Origin: Desulfobulbaceae bacterium
GTDB lineage: Bacteria > Desulfobacterota > Desulfobulbia > Desulfobulbales > BM004
Direction: 5' to 3'
Assembly: GCA_002868955.1 (NCBI GenBank)
Contig: PKTW01000054.1
Location: 1 to 50,514 of the forward strand
Length of the DNA stretch: 50,514 bases
In this document: piece after piece, positions 41,802 through 50,514 of the stretch
Position numbering within the stretch: the stretch's first letter is position 1
Layout: every line of letters begins with the position of its first letter
Notes under the pieces: generated by a model
Told to the model about the DNA's origin: nothing
What the model saw: only the letters and a program-made list of their open reading frames with translations
Database searches by the model: none
Program-made: the position numbers and the translations under genes

Positions 41802-42305
41802 ATGAACCCTCGCGACGAACTCGTCCTGATAGTTGATAATGACAATAACGAAACAGGCAGTGCACCCAGGCATGAAATGCGGGCCGGGGGGCTGCCGCAT
41901 CGCGCCTGTTATATCCTGGTTTTCAACAGCCGCGGAGAGCTTTTTGTCCAGAAACGCACCATGTGTAAAGACATCTACCCCGGCTATTATGATGTTGCTG
42001 CCGGGGGCGTGGTGCTTGCCGGGGAGAGTTACGACGAGTCAGCCGGGCGTGAACTCCGGGAGGAGCTGGGCATAAAAGACACTGCCCTCACATGCCTTTT
42101 CACCTTTTTCTACCAGGAGAGTAAAAACCGGGTTTGGGGCAGGGTCTTTTCCTGCATGCATGATGGAGAATTACACTTGCAGGCAGAAGAGGTTGAAAGC
42201 GGATTCTTTGCTGATCCCGCGGATGTACTTGCCTTAAGTAAGAAGGAACCGTTTACCCCGGACGGAATTTATGTACTGAAAAGATACTTGCGGGAAAAAG
42301 GATAA
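41802..42305 (+). CDS. NUDIX hydrolase (YfcD/IDI-like)
   Basis: HRACYILVFN; QKRT..KD.YPG; Nudix box GGVVLAGESYDESAGRELREELGI; FTPDG. Confidence 0.9.
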   Translation: MNPRDELVLIVDNDNNETGSAPRHEMRAGGLPHRACYILVFNSRGELFVQKRTMCKDIYPGYYDVAAGGVVLAGESYDESAGRELREELGIKDTALTCLFTFFYQESKNRVWGRVFSCMHDGELHLQAEEVESGFFADPADVLALSKKEPFTPDGIYVLKRYLREKG

Positions 42306-42337
42306 CAGTCGGACTCAAAAAATCGAGGGGTTTTAGT

Positions 42338-42374
42338 ATTGAAAATTTCAGATTTTCTACCTAAAATTTTCAAT
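42338..42374. terminator. AT-rich inverted repeat between convergent genes (possible bidirectional terminator)
   Basis: ATTGAAAATTT (42338-42348) and AAATTTTCAAT (42364-42374). Confidence 0.35.
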
Positions 42375-42415
42375 CTTCAATTTCTCAAATCTTCAATGAT
42401 TGCTGATTGTTCATC

Positions 42416-43420
42416 CTAACTCTTGTTCCGCAACAACTCCTTATATGCCTCGGTAAGCCTGACAAAAGTATCATGTTCCCCGCCCTTATCGGGATGAACT
42501 TCATGTGCTTTCTGCCGGAATAACTTAGTCAGTTCACTTTTTTTCATTGCTTTCAGATCTTCTTCAGTCACACCGAATATTTCCACAATTTCTGTTATGG
42601 CAATCTTTGTCTGCCGAGACGGTGCACTGTAAAAGCGTTTCGAATTAATAAAATTCTGCAGGTACTCATCCCAGGCAGATCCACCGTCAAACTCGTAATC
42701 AAAAAACATGACCGCATAGCGCACAAGATAGTCATGCAGTTCGTCTCTTTCAGCAAAACCGGCCCAGAAAAGCTCATCCCCGTGCAGTCGGCAAAGATCC
42801 TTTATAAAATACCTGCCCAGCTCATCCTGGTCCAGTGCCTGCGGTATCGAGCGGGCCGGTGATGCCCTGAAGTAGCGCTGCAGATCGAATATCACGTAAA
42901 CGTACTGCTTATACTCCCTGGGCTGCAGGCTTTTTTCAAGCTGCAGGATATACTGCTCTATCTCGTCCCTCGATTTATTCAGCAGACCTTTAAAATATCT
43001 AAGCGGCAGGCTCCCTACCTTGCGTTGATCCACAACGCCGCAGCGTAGATAATACATGCGCCGCCTGTCAAAAACCTGAACCTGCTGTTCAGCGAGATTT
43101 TTTTTCTTTATATTCTGGCTTCTTCGCCTGCCGCGGCAATGAAAAGGCTCGATCTTCTGCCTGATCTCCTTCCTGATAAAGCGCCAGAACAGTTCCTCAA
43201 GATCGCATATGTCATGCTCAACTCCTTGAGCAGCAAGCTGTTTGCAGATAGACTCTTGGATATAAAAAGCATTCCCGCCGGGATACACTATGTAGTCCCA
43301 GGGTGTCCGGCCCAGGTCAAAAAGATCTCGGCTCTGCCAGCAATCGGTATCAGGGTTATACAGGGAGTCCCTGATACTATAATTTTTTCTGCCCTGTATG
43401 GTTTGTTCTGCCAGATACAC
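42416..43420 (-). CDS. Protein with C-terminal J domain (class C J-protein)
   Basis: C-terminal 'LTKLFRQKAHEVHPDKGG...FVRLTEAYKEL'; unrecognised N-terminal region; GTG start. Confidence 0.8.
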   Translation of the reverse strand: MYLAEQTIQGRKNYSIRDSLYNPDTDCWQSRDLFDLGRTPWDYIVYPGGNAFYIQESICKQLAAQGVEHDICDLEELFWRFIRKEIRQKIEPFHCRGRRRSQNIKKKNLAEQQVQVFDRRRMYYLRCGVVDQRKVGSLPLRYFKGLLNKSRDEIEQYILQLEKSLQPREYKQYVYVIFDLQRYFRASPARSIPQALDQDELGRYFIKDLCRLHGDELFWAGFAERDELHDYLVRYAVMFFDYEFDGGSAWDEYLQNFINSKRFYSAPSRQTKIAITEIVEIFGVTEEDLKAMKKSELTKLFRQKAHEVHPDKGGEHDTFVRLTEAYKELLRNKS

Positions 43421-43610
43421 TTCCCTTGTGCCCTTCAGTATTAAATTGTATATTTTGCCGGCTGCGGTTCCAGATTGACAAAGGCTCTATTTACTAATTA
43501 TAAGACAGAATCCTGAATCCGTGGCTGAAAAATTGCTATCATCCGGCCTCTTCCCGTTTTGTCATCAAGTTGCAGGCTTTTGACTATACAATGCAGATAC
43601 CCCTGACTAA

Positions 43611-43811
43611 ATGAAAAAGGAAGACCTGATAATATTGATTATCGCCCTGCTGCTGCTTGGAGGCATGCTTGTCACCATCTTTTTGGGTGGTGAGAAAAGC
43701 CGCCACGGGGTTGGCGGGCTGCTTGATGAAAAACCGGGGCAAAAAATATTGCTGCAAAAAAAAGCCAGATTTGATTTAGGTCAAAGGCAGGACCTACCAG
43801 GCAAGGTATGA
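43611..43811 (+). CDS. Small single-pass membrane protein
   Basis: 66 aa; N-terminal TM helix; ends 7 nt before the polyferredoxin gene. Confidence 0.5.
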   Translation: MKKEDLIILIIALLLLGGMLVTIFLGGEKSRHGVGGLLDEKPGQKILLQKKARFDLGQRQDLPGKV

Positions 43812-43818
43812 TGGCCTC

Positions 43819-44841
43819 ATGAAACAGAGCCCTGCATCATACGTGGATCTCATCCGCCCCAAATGGATCAGGCTGTTAAGAACTCTTGTCCAGGCAGGGT
43901 TCACCCTTTTCTGCCTATATGCAGGATACCGCTTCTATCTCTTCTATCTATGGGGTACGGGCCAGACATCAACCTACGTGCCAAGGCCGCCTTCCGTAGA
44001 GGCTTTTCTACCGATCAGTGCACTGGTCGGGTTAAAAAGGCTTATTGTAAGCGGCCAGTATGACATGATCCACCCGGCCGGCCTTACCATCTTTCTGGCT
44101 GCCTTGTGTATCGGACTGCTGCTGCGCAAGGGGTTTTGCGGCTGGATCTGCCCGGTTGGTTTTACTTCCAACCTGGCGGAAAAAGCCGGCAAAAAGCTGA
44201 AAATCCTCTGGCAACCCCCTGTCTGGCTCGATCTGCCGCTCTTATCGCTGAAATACCTGCTGCTTTTTTTCTTCCTGTATCTCATCGCCTGGAAAATGAC
44301 CCTGAAACAGATCGAATCTTTTCATACCTCACCCTACAACCTGGCAGTGGATGCCAAAATGCTGCTCTTCTTTCTCAGCCCTTCAGGACTCTCTGCCGCT
44401 ATCATGCTCTTCCTTGTAGCTATCTCGTTTTTTGTCCGCAATTTCTGGTGCCGTTATCTCTGCCCCTACGGCGCCTTGCTCGGCCTTCTTGCCCTTGCCA
44501 GCCCTTTCCAGATAAAGCGCGACAGCAACACCTGCATCGACTGCAAAAAATGCGAGAAAACCTGCCCGGCCTCCATCAGGATCACGACAAAAAATACCGT
44601 ACGCACAGGTGAATGCATCGGCTGCACCGAATGTGTCTCGGTCTGTCCTGTAGAAGACTGTATGACGCTTGCATTACCACGCCGCAGGAAGAATTCGATC
44701 CTGCTTCTGCCGGCCGGGGTACTCGGTCTTTATCTTCTTTTTTATGGCGTGTCTCTTTTAACAGGGCACTGGTATTCAGAAGTTCCTCCAGAGATCATGA
44801 AAAAATTTTATAGTATCATTACAGAGCTTCCCCATCCCTGA
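43819..44841 (+). CDS. Membrane polyferredoxin (YccM/NapH-like 4Fe-4S binding protein)
   Basis: RPPSVEAFLPI; FCGWICP; WCRYLCPYG; CIDCKKCEKTCP; CIGCTECVSVCP; multiple TM segments. Confidence 0.88.
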   Translation: MKQSPASYVDLIRPKWIRLLRTLVQAGFTLFCLYAGYRFYLFYLWGTGQTSTYVPRPPSVEAFLPISALVGLKRLIVSGQYDMIHPAGLTIFLAALCIGLLLRKGFCGWICPVGFTSNLAEKAGKKLKILWQPPVWLDLPLLSLKYLLLFFFLYLIAWKMTLKQIESFHTSPYNLAVDAKMLLFFLSPSGLSAAIMLFLVAISFFVRNFWCRYLCPYGALLGLLALASPFQIKRDSNTCIDCKKCEKTCPASIRITTKNTVRTGECIGCTECVSVCPVEDCMTLALPRRRKNSILLLPAGVLGLYLLFYGVSLLTGHWYSEVPPEIMKKFYSIITELPHP

Positions 44842-45089
44842 GATCCGGTGCCTTTTTCTTTTCACCAAAAACCTATAATTTATACCCGGACAGGCTGGCA
44901 AAAATTCTCCCGGCCAACAAGATAGCAGGCGCAAATCGCACCAAAAATGCGTCAACACTGCGCACCGATTCACCAGACTCTGATTTGATAAAATAGATTC
45001 AATGAACAACGATAACACTGCTCTTCTTATTGTGGCAAGCCATCATCAAAAGGTTCGTATCTTCTTCTGTAGATTTTAGGTAGGCCACG

Positions 45090-45731
45090 TTACTTTCCTT
45101 CGACACTCTGTTTAACAGGCTTTACATTTGCCGCCTTCGTTTTAGGCGCGATCTTTACTTCTTTGAGAGCTTCCTTGGTTTGGGAAATCTGCACGTCAAC
45201 CATGGCCCCTCTGGATATAGAGATATATTCTTTATAAAATATCTCCCCTTTCCCGCTGGAATTTGCCCCTATCTCGATATCATTGCCCTCAAGTTTTCCA
45301 TTAAATTCACCGTCAATAAATATTCTACCCACTGCCTTTATTTCTCCACCATTGAACTTGCCGGATATTTTCACATCCTTCCCTGCGGTAATGTTTCCAC
45401 CACGCAGTTCACCCTCAATATCAACACTGCCTTCTTTTGTTTCTATATTTCCCTTGCAGACTCCTTTTATTAGGATGTTTGAGTTTTCCATTGAAGTTAT
45501 ATTACCTTCAACGTCACCGCTCAATTCCAAATCACAGGTAACATTAATATCTCCGGTCAGCTTGCTGCCTTTTAAGATTTTGTTCACATTTGAACTTCTG
45601 ACAGCTGTTTCCGACGGTCTCACAGGAACATCTTTCGGCACATCTTCCATCAGTTTGTTTTTTTCATGCTCTTTATTCTTGTTGCCGGTTGTTTTAATTT
45701 GTTCTGCGTATAAGCTCCTTTTATTAAACAT
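45090..45731 (-). CDS. Bactofilin (polymer-forming cytoskeletal) family protein with extended beta-helix
   Basis: ILKGSKLTGDI..DLELSGDVEGNI; repeated V.I.G...G.I turns; GEIFY..ISISRGA. Confidence 0.8.
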   Translation of the reverse strand: MFNKRSLYAEQIKTTGNKNKEHEKNKLMEDVPKDVPVRPSETAVRSSNVNKILKGSKLTGDINVTCDLELSGDVEGNITSMENSNILIKGVCKGNIETKEGSVDIEGELRGGNITAGKDVKISGKFNGGEIKAVGRIFIDGEFNGKLEGNDIEIGANSSGKGEIFYKEYISISRGAMVDVQISQTKEALKEVKIAPKTKAANVKPVKQSVEGK

Positions 45732-45893
45732 TCTGCCCCCCCATCTTAATAGTAGGTGATAGTGATAAATAATTGCTTTTCAGGCCCGCACTGAAAATCG
45801 AAGCAGCCATACAAAATCGGCCTGAATCCTTTTTATATAAAAATATGAAATTGAAGTATATTGAATATTATCTTCAGTATTTGGGAATGATTA

Positions 45894-45928
45894 TATATTG
45901 AATACTTGTTGCCGCAGTATTCAATATA
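45894..45928. repeat. Perfect 13-bp inverted repeat with 9-nt spacer
   Basis: TATATTGAATACT (45894-45906) and AGTATTCAATATA (45916-45928); an extra TATATTGAATA copy at 45857-45867. Confidence 0.75.
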
Positions 45929-46021
45929 ACGATAAACTAATCCGCAGGCCCAAATCCTACCTAAAAGTCCCGCAGGTCTTCCAGTCGGTTATATGTTGGG
46001 TTATCTCTTAATTTTTTTGAC

Positions 46022-46408
46022 TCAATGGATTAATTCGTCTGTAAATCTGTCACGACCGGCCCAAAAAGGACATTTGGGACAACTTTCTCCCAATGGGTAG
46101 TCAATATCTTCTTCGTGTGGGCAACCAAGTATTTTATTGGTGATAGCCACAGAACGAGCACCTTGCACAGTTATAAATTCTTTTATTTCATTTAATATTT
46201 TTACATCCCGCCTAATGTCTTTGTCTGAAAACCATTTTTTCATTGTTGTGGGTTCTTTTTCACTCTCACTCATCATGATTCCAACCGCCACCTTTGTTGC
46301 TATCTTGTTGTCTGCTCCATAGAATGCAATTGTTGCAACAGGATAGCCACGAAAACCAGCCTTTACCTTTTTTTCTAACGGACTCTTAAATTTTAGTTTG
46401 ATGCCCAT
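46022..46408 (-). CDS. Hypothetical protein with C-terminal Cys/His cluster
   Basis: GFRGYPVATIAFYG; GCPHEE.IDYP.G..CPKCPFW.GRDR; AT-rich coding. Confidence 0.75.
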   Translation of the reverse strand: MGIKLKFKSPLEKKVKAGFRGYPVATIAFYGADNKIATKVAVGIMMSESEKEPTTMKKWFSDKDIRRDVKILNEIKEFITVQGARSVAITNKILGCPHEEDIDYPLGESCPKCPFWAGRDRFTDELIH

Positions 46409-46543
46409 ATGAGATGCCTTTTATTTTTGTGGTTGGCTAATCTGTTTTAAACATCATCAATTATCTTTATTCAGCAGTTATTTTGAATTCCAAGAAGCAT
46501 GCGACCTATAAAAGGAGAAAGGAATTCATTAAGTATAATAGGC

Positions 46544-46984
46544 TCAAAGTCTCCCCCCAAAATCACGACCATAATCCTGGCAGGCTTTCCTGCCTTCCTC
46601 TGATTTTATCATACTCTCCTTCAGGCCGAATGGACCTAAATCGGTCATCCTCATCTTGTAGACGTGCTCCATAGTGTCAAAAATTATGCCCGGTGATTCG
46701 CCGCTGTGCGTATAAGAACCAAAAGCACCACCCAGTTTGCCGGCAAGGTTGCCCTTTTGGGCTAAAAAAAGAAACGTTTTAAAGTTCTCTGTGATATCCT
46801 TATGATATGTTGGACAACCAAAGATAAAACCGTCATAACCATCCAGATCCTTTTCACTTTTGATCTCGGATATTTTTTTAACATCAACGTTATTCCCGCT
46901 GATACGAATACCTTCAGCAAGATATTTAGCCATCTCCTCAGTACTGCCTGTGCGGCTATAGTATCCGATCAGTACGTTTTTCAT
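46544..46984 (-). CDS. Flavodoxin domain protein
   Basis: YYSRTGSTEEMA FMN phosphate loop; FGCPTY; GAFGSY; AAGGAGG RBS before the ATG at 46984. Confidence 0.9.
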   Translation of the reverse strand: MKNVLIGYYSRTGSTEEMAKYLAEGIRISGNNVDVKKISEIKSEKDLDGYDGFIFGCPTYHKDITENFKTFLFLAQKGNLAGKLGGAFGSYTHSGESPGIIFDTMEHVYKMRMTDLGPFGLKESMIKSEEGRKACQDYGRDFGGRL

Positions 46985-47207
46985 GGTGGTATCCTCCTTC
47001 GGTGTTTTTTTCATATAAGGCAATTTAACACTTTATCAATGCACACAACATTTTTCGGCATGAACACAGTATAGTTGCTTGCCACAATGTTGACTATAAA
47101 ATGAAAAATTACCAGTTAAGAAGTGCACTGGCAATAATAACTTCTTTGGATGGTACTGTTAGTATTGATTCAGCAGGTATTGTTAGTTTCAAACAAAAAG
47201 TAGGTTG

Positions 47208-47226
47208 TATAATCATTATCATTTTT
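47208..47226 (-). promoter_or_regulatory. Fur-box-like site upstream of the flavodoxin gene
   Basis: Minus strand AAAAATGATAATGATTATA matches 15/19 of GATAATGATAATCATTATC. Confidence 0.4.
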
Positions 47227-47404
47227 GTTCCACATTCCTTCCCACCGTGTTAACTGCCGGTGCCCTTAAGCATAATCAACATTGCCGGCGGATTTCTTGA
47301 TGTTTGGGCATGGCGGATCCAATTGGCCAAACAGTATACAATTTGACTGGTTGCTGCCCCTCAATACCAATTTTTCCTGCGCCAGTTTTGCTTATGCAAA
47401 AAAA

Positions 47405-48382
47405 CTAAAGCCACTTTTTTTTCTTGAAAAACCATATCTGAAAACTGACAACTCCCACAAGCAATATTACAAATACCGAGAATCCCAGTTTGCTGTCCGC
47501 TCCAGGAATACCGCCGACATTTATGCCAAGGAGGCCGGTCAGAAAACCCAACGGCAGAAAAATGGCGGCAACAATGGAGAGGATGTACATCTTGTTGTTC
47601 ATCTGTTCTGACAGGCTGTTGATCAATTGCTCCTGGGTAACAGCGGCCCGGTCACGTGCTTCATCAAGGTCCTCAATATGGCGGGTCAACTGGTCGTATA
47701 CCTCCCGCAGCCTTATCCTGTCGCTTTCGTCCAGCCAGGTGATCTTTTCAGTCAGCAATCTTGACAGGGCTTCACGCTGCGGCGAAAGGTAGCGCCTGAG
47801 GCTGATAGCCTGCCTCCGCAGGGCCGCGAGTTCGGTACGGAGCTGGCGGCTTTCTGATGTCAGTACCTGGTCTTCAACATCAGCAACAGCATCCTCAAGG
47901 TCGTCAATGACATGCCGCATACGCTCCATCATTCTTCCTGCTAATTGCACCAGAAAATCACTCAGCGATTCAGGGCCTATCCCCTGCTCTAATGCAGCCC
48001 GAATATCTGATATAGAAAGAATTTTGCGTTTACGTGTGCTGATAATACGGTCCGTTTCAAACCAGATCCTGATCCCCACCATGTCTTCGGGATCAGCTCC
48101 CGGGTTCAGGTTGACGCCGCGCAGCCCGAGTAGCAAGCCTTCCTGAAAAGATGTGCAGCGCGGCCTGGAGTCTTCTTCTATCAGGGCATCACTTATTACC
48201 TCTTCCAAACCGCTTTTACCAAACAGCCATTCCTGCACGTTTTGGCTGCTGTAATCGAAGTGAATCCAGAGAAGACCCTGATCCGGCTGCCAGGAGTCTA
48301 TTCCATCCCAGCCAATCTGTCTGCCGCCTCCTTTTTTGTCCAGGATATATGCCGCTATAAGCCCGTCATTAGTTAGTTCCAT
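47405..48382 (-). CDS. zntB: ZntB/CorA family divalent metal transporter
   Basis: LWIH; SRPR; LRGVNLNPG; LRRYLSPQR; FLPLGFLTGLLGINVGGIP (GIN signature). Confidence 0.88.
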   Translation of the reverse strand: MELTNDGLIAAYILDKKGGGRQIGWDGIDSWQPDQGLLWIHFDYSSQNVQEWLFGKSGLEEVISDALIEEDSRPRCTSFQEGLLLGLRGVNLNPGADPEDMVGIRIWFETDRIISTRKRKILSISDIRAALEQGIGPESLSDFLVQLAGRMMERMRHVIDDLEDAVADVEDQVLTSESRQLRTELAALRRQAISLRRYLSPQREALSRLLTEKITWLDESDRIRLREVYDQLTRHIEDLDEARDRAAVTQEQLINSLSEQMNNKMYILSIVAAIFLPLGFLTGLLGINVGGIPGADSKLGFSVFVILLVGVVSFQIWFFKKKKWL

Positions 48383-48395
48383 GAGCCAGTGCCCT

Positions 48396-49283
48396 TTATT
48401 TGATTTTTGTCAGACCTGTAAACGCTTCTGTCACAGGAGGATCAAAATGGATATCAACCTGGTTGAAGGCGATTGTAATATCGGCTTCTATGAAAGCAAA
48501 CCATATTGCCTTGCGCAGGTCAGACATGTAAAGCCTCTGCTTCCAGGGATCATCAACGTTGACATAGACACCGAAGATCACTGCAGAATCACCAAAGTCC
48601 TGCAGGAGAACCCTGGGCTCTGGTTGCGGCAGGCGCCAGGAGGCTTTATGAGCTGTAGCCTCCAGCACCTCGATAACTTTTTTCATGTCCGATTCATACG
48701 CGACGCCGACTTCGACACCCAGGCGGAATTCATTATCACGCAGGGTATAATTTTTGATCGTTGTCTGGGCGAATATCGAGTTGGGCATGATAAGCTCTTC
48801 TTCACGCCATGTCCGTACAATGGTTGTCCTGATACCCATGTCGACAACTCTTACGACATTTCCTTCTACTTCTAAAATATCGCCGGGTTTTATGGTGCGT
48901 TCTATCAGCAGGATAATTCCAGACACAAAATTCTGGACAATATTCTGCATGGCAAAACCGATGGCAATGGCGAACACGGCGCCGGCTGCAAAAAGGGCAC
49001 TTATATTGATGCCGATGGTCTGCAGCCCGATACCGAAACCGATGATAATCACGGTATAGTGAATAAGGCGTAAAATCGCAGCAAGCGTTCCCTCCTGTTT
49101 CTTGAATTTGTGGGCCAGGGTTCTTTTCAGGGTACGCTGCAGAATAAATGAAACAGAGGCGGCAAAGGAGATTACAACTAAGAATATAATAAGTGAAAGG
49201 AGAGTGACCTCTGTGCCGGAGAGCTTAAAAAGGGGCTCTGAAATTAATTTTGCAATATTTTTAACAAAATTATCAAAATTCAA
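48396..49283 (-). CDS. Small-conductance mechanosensitive channel (MscS family)
   Basis: IGFAMQNIVQNFVSGIILL.ER.IKPGD; MGIRTT; PNS; GVAYESD; FGDSA; TTG start. Confidence 0.9.
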   Translation of the reverse strand: MNFDNFVKNIAKLISEPLFKLSGTEVTLLSLIIFLVVISFAASVSFILQRTLKRTLAHKFKKQEGTLAAILRLIHYTVIIIGFGIGLQTIGINISALFAAGAVFAIAIGFAMQNIVQNFVSGIILLIERTIKPGDILEVEGNVVRVVDMGIRTTIVRTWREEELIMPNSIFAQTTIKNYTLRDNEFRLGVEVGVAYESDMKKVIEVLEATAHKASWRLPQPEPRVLLQDFGDSAVIFGVYVNVDDPWKQRLYMSDLRKAIWFAFIEADITIAFNQVDIHFDPPVTEAFTGLTKIK

Positions 49284-49741
49284 CGTCCACCTCGCAGTTT
49301 AATTAAGAGGAATCAGCCAGAAATATGTAACGAATAAAAACTCTTATGAACTTACTATGATTTTCGTAAAACATTCAATAATAAAACAGTGCATGCTCCC
49401 CTCCTTCCGACCACGAAAAACTGCAGGCACTGGCATAACAACCGGAATATTATCTCACGCAGCCAAAATTATTTTTGCCGGCAGAAATTGAATCTTCCCG
49501 CAACAGTAAACACTCACACAGTGAAACCCTATAGCTTTGGATATGTTGCCCATATTCAAAGCAAGGAAATTGTTTTTTTATCATTTTTCCTGTAAGTATA
49601 AATACCCATCTGTCGTAATAACAATTTTTCAGTTGTAATCTGGTTGCAATTAAAGGTAGAAAAACCAGGTAACATGTTATTGAACTGCAAATTGCAGGGT
49701 AATGTTCAAGGCATAATTTTTCGACAATTCGAGGAGGAGAT

Positions 49742-50514
49742 ATGAAAAGAACACTGAATGGTATTGTATGGGGACTTATCGCTGTTATGCTTCTTTCTGC
49801 CAACGCCTGGAGTTTTGGGCGCAAGACGGTTGTAAAGGTCGGCATCAATGCCCCGATAACCGGTGATATTCCCAAGGTTGGCGAAGGCACAAAATATGCG
49901 GCTCAGATGTGGCTGGAAGATATCGAGAAAGCAGGCGGCATTGAAATCGGCGGCCAAAAATATCCCGTTGAACTGGTTATTGAAGACAACGAGGCCAAGG
50001 CCGAGTCAGCGGTAAAGGCTAACACCAAGATGATCACCGAGGACGAGGTACTTGTCATTGTAGGACCCCAGTCATCAAAACAGGCGGTGCCGGCAGGTGA
50101 TGTTTGCAACAATTACGAGACCCCGATGATCACCCCCTGGTCGACAAATCCCGACACAACCAAGGACCGTCCTTTTGTCTTCAGGGGCTGTTTTCTTGAC
50201 CCTTTCCAGGGCCCGGTTCTGGCCAATTTCATCACCGAAGAATTTGGCTTTACCAAGGCAGCAGTCCTCTATGATGTGGCCAGCGATTACCCCAAGGGGC
50301 TTGCCGAATTTTTCAAACAGGCCTGGGAAAAAATCCATGGTTCAGGCTCTGTGGTTGCCTTTGAAAGTTTCACCACCAAGGACACCGATTTCAGCTCGCA
50401 GTTAAGCAAGATAAACAAATCCGGAGCCCAGGTACTCTTTACACCACAGTACTATAACGAGGTGGCCCTGATCGTTAAGCAGGCCCACGAACTTGGCTGG
50501 ACAGGTCCCATAGT
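49742..50514 (+). CDS. Branched-chain amino acid ABC transporter substrate-binding protein (LivJ/K-like), cut by the window end and absent from the ORF track
   Basis: GAGGAGG RBS; hand translation gives MKRTLNGIVWGLIAVMLLSANAWS..KVGINAPITG..GPQSS..STNPDTT..FRGCFLDPFQG..DTDFSSQL with no stop before the end. Confidence 0.9.
   Translation, partial: MKRTLNGIVWGLIAVMLLSANAWSFGRKTVVKVGINAPITGDIPKVGEGTKYAAQMWLEDIEKAGGIEIGGQKYPVELVIEDNEAKAESAVKANTKMITEDEVLVIVGPQSSKQAVPAGDVCNNYETPMITPWSTNPDTTKDRPFVFRGCFLDPFQGPVLANFITEEFGFTKAAVLYDVASDYPKGLAEFFKQAWEKIHGSGSVVAFESFTTKDTDFSSQLSKINKSGAQVLFTPQYYNEVALIVKQAHELGWTGPI

Noticed and set aside
42370-42397. CTTCAAT-like heptamer repeats as a CRISPR or tandem array
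   Set aside because: Only a few irregular copies, with no spacers and no cas genes.

Overview
A gene-dense, mostly housekeeping chromosomal segment. Its gene content (tetraheme cytochrome c3, GlnRS, DksA, MlaEFD-A-C, YccM-type polyferredoxin) suggests an anaerobic Desulfobacterota member, possibly Desulfobulbales; this taxonomy is an inference. I saw no rRNA, tRNA, CRISPR array, integrase or transposase. The main block is a minus-strand run: rpmF-plsX-fabH-[acyl-CoA dehydrogenase-etfB-etfA(ferredoxin-fused)]-fabG-acpP-fabF-rpiB-glyA-dCMP deaminase-nrdR-ribD-glnS. Four observations stand out. (1) A CarCDE/Bcd-like module with electron-bifurcating ETF signatures occupies the usual fabD slot of the fatty-acid synthesis cluster and is translationally coupled to fabG; it is a candidate ferredoxin-coupled enoyl-thioester reductase for lipid synthesis. 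(2) An ArsS-family radical SAM gene appears to end at a Sec codon followed by a SECIS-like hairpin. (3) A full-length FolE2 paralog has lost its catalytic motifs. (4) A TadA-like deaminase is translationally coupled to a radical SAM gene. Smaller observations are an apparently internally deleted DUF1858 gene, a Cys-motif-less TusA-like gene after tatC, a cNMP-binding gene in the MlaB position, and an AT-rich islet with an attC-like repeat. All family assignments come from motif recognition by eye, without database searches.
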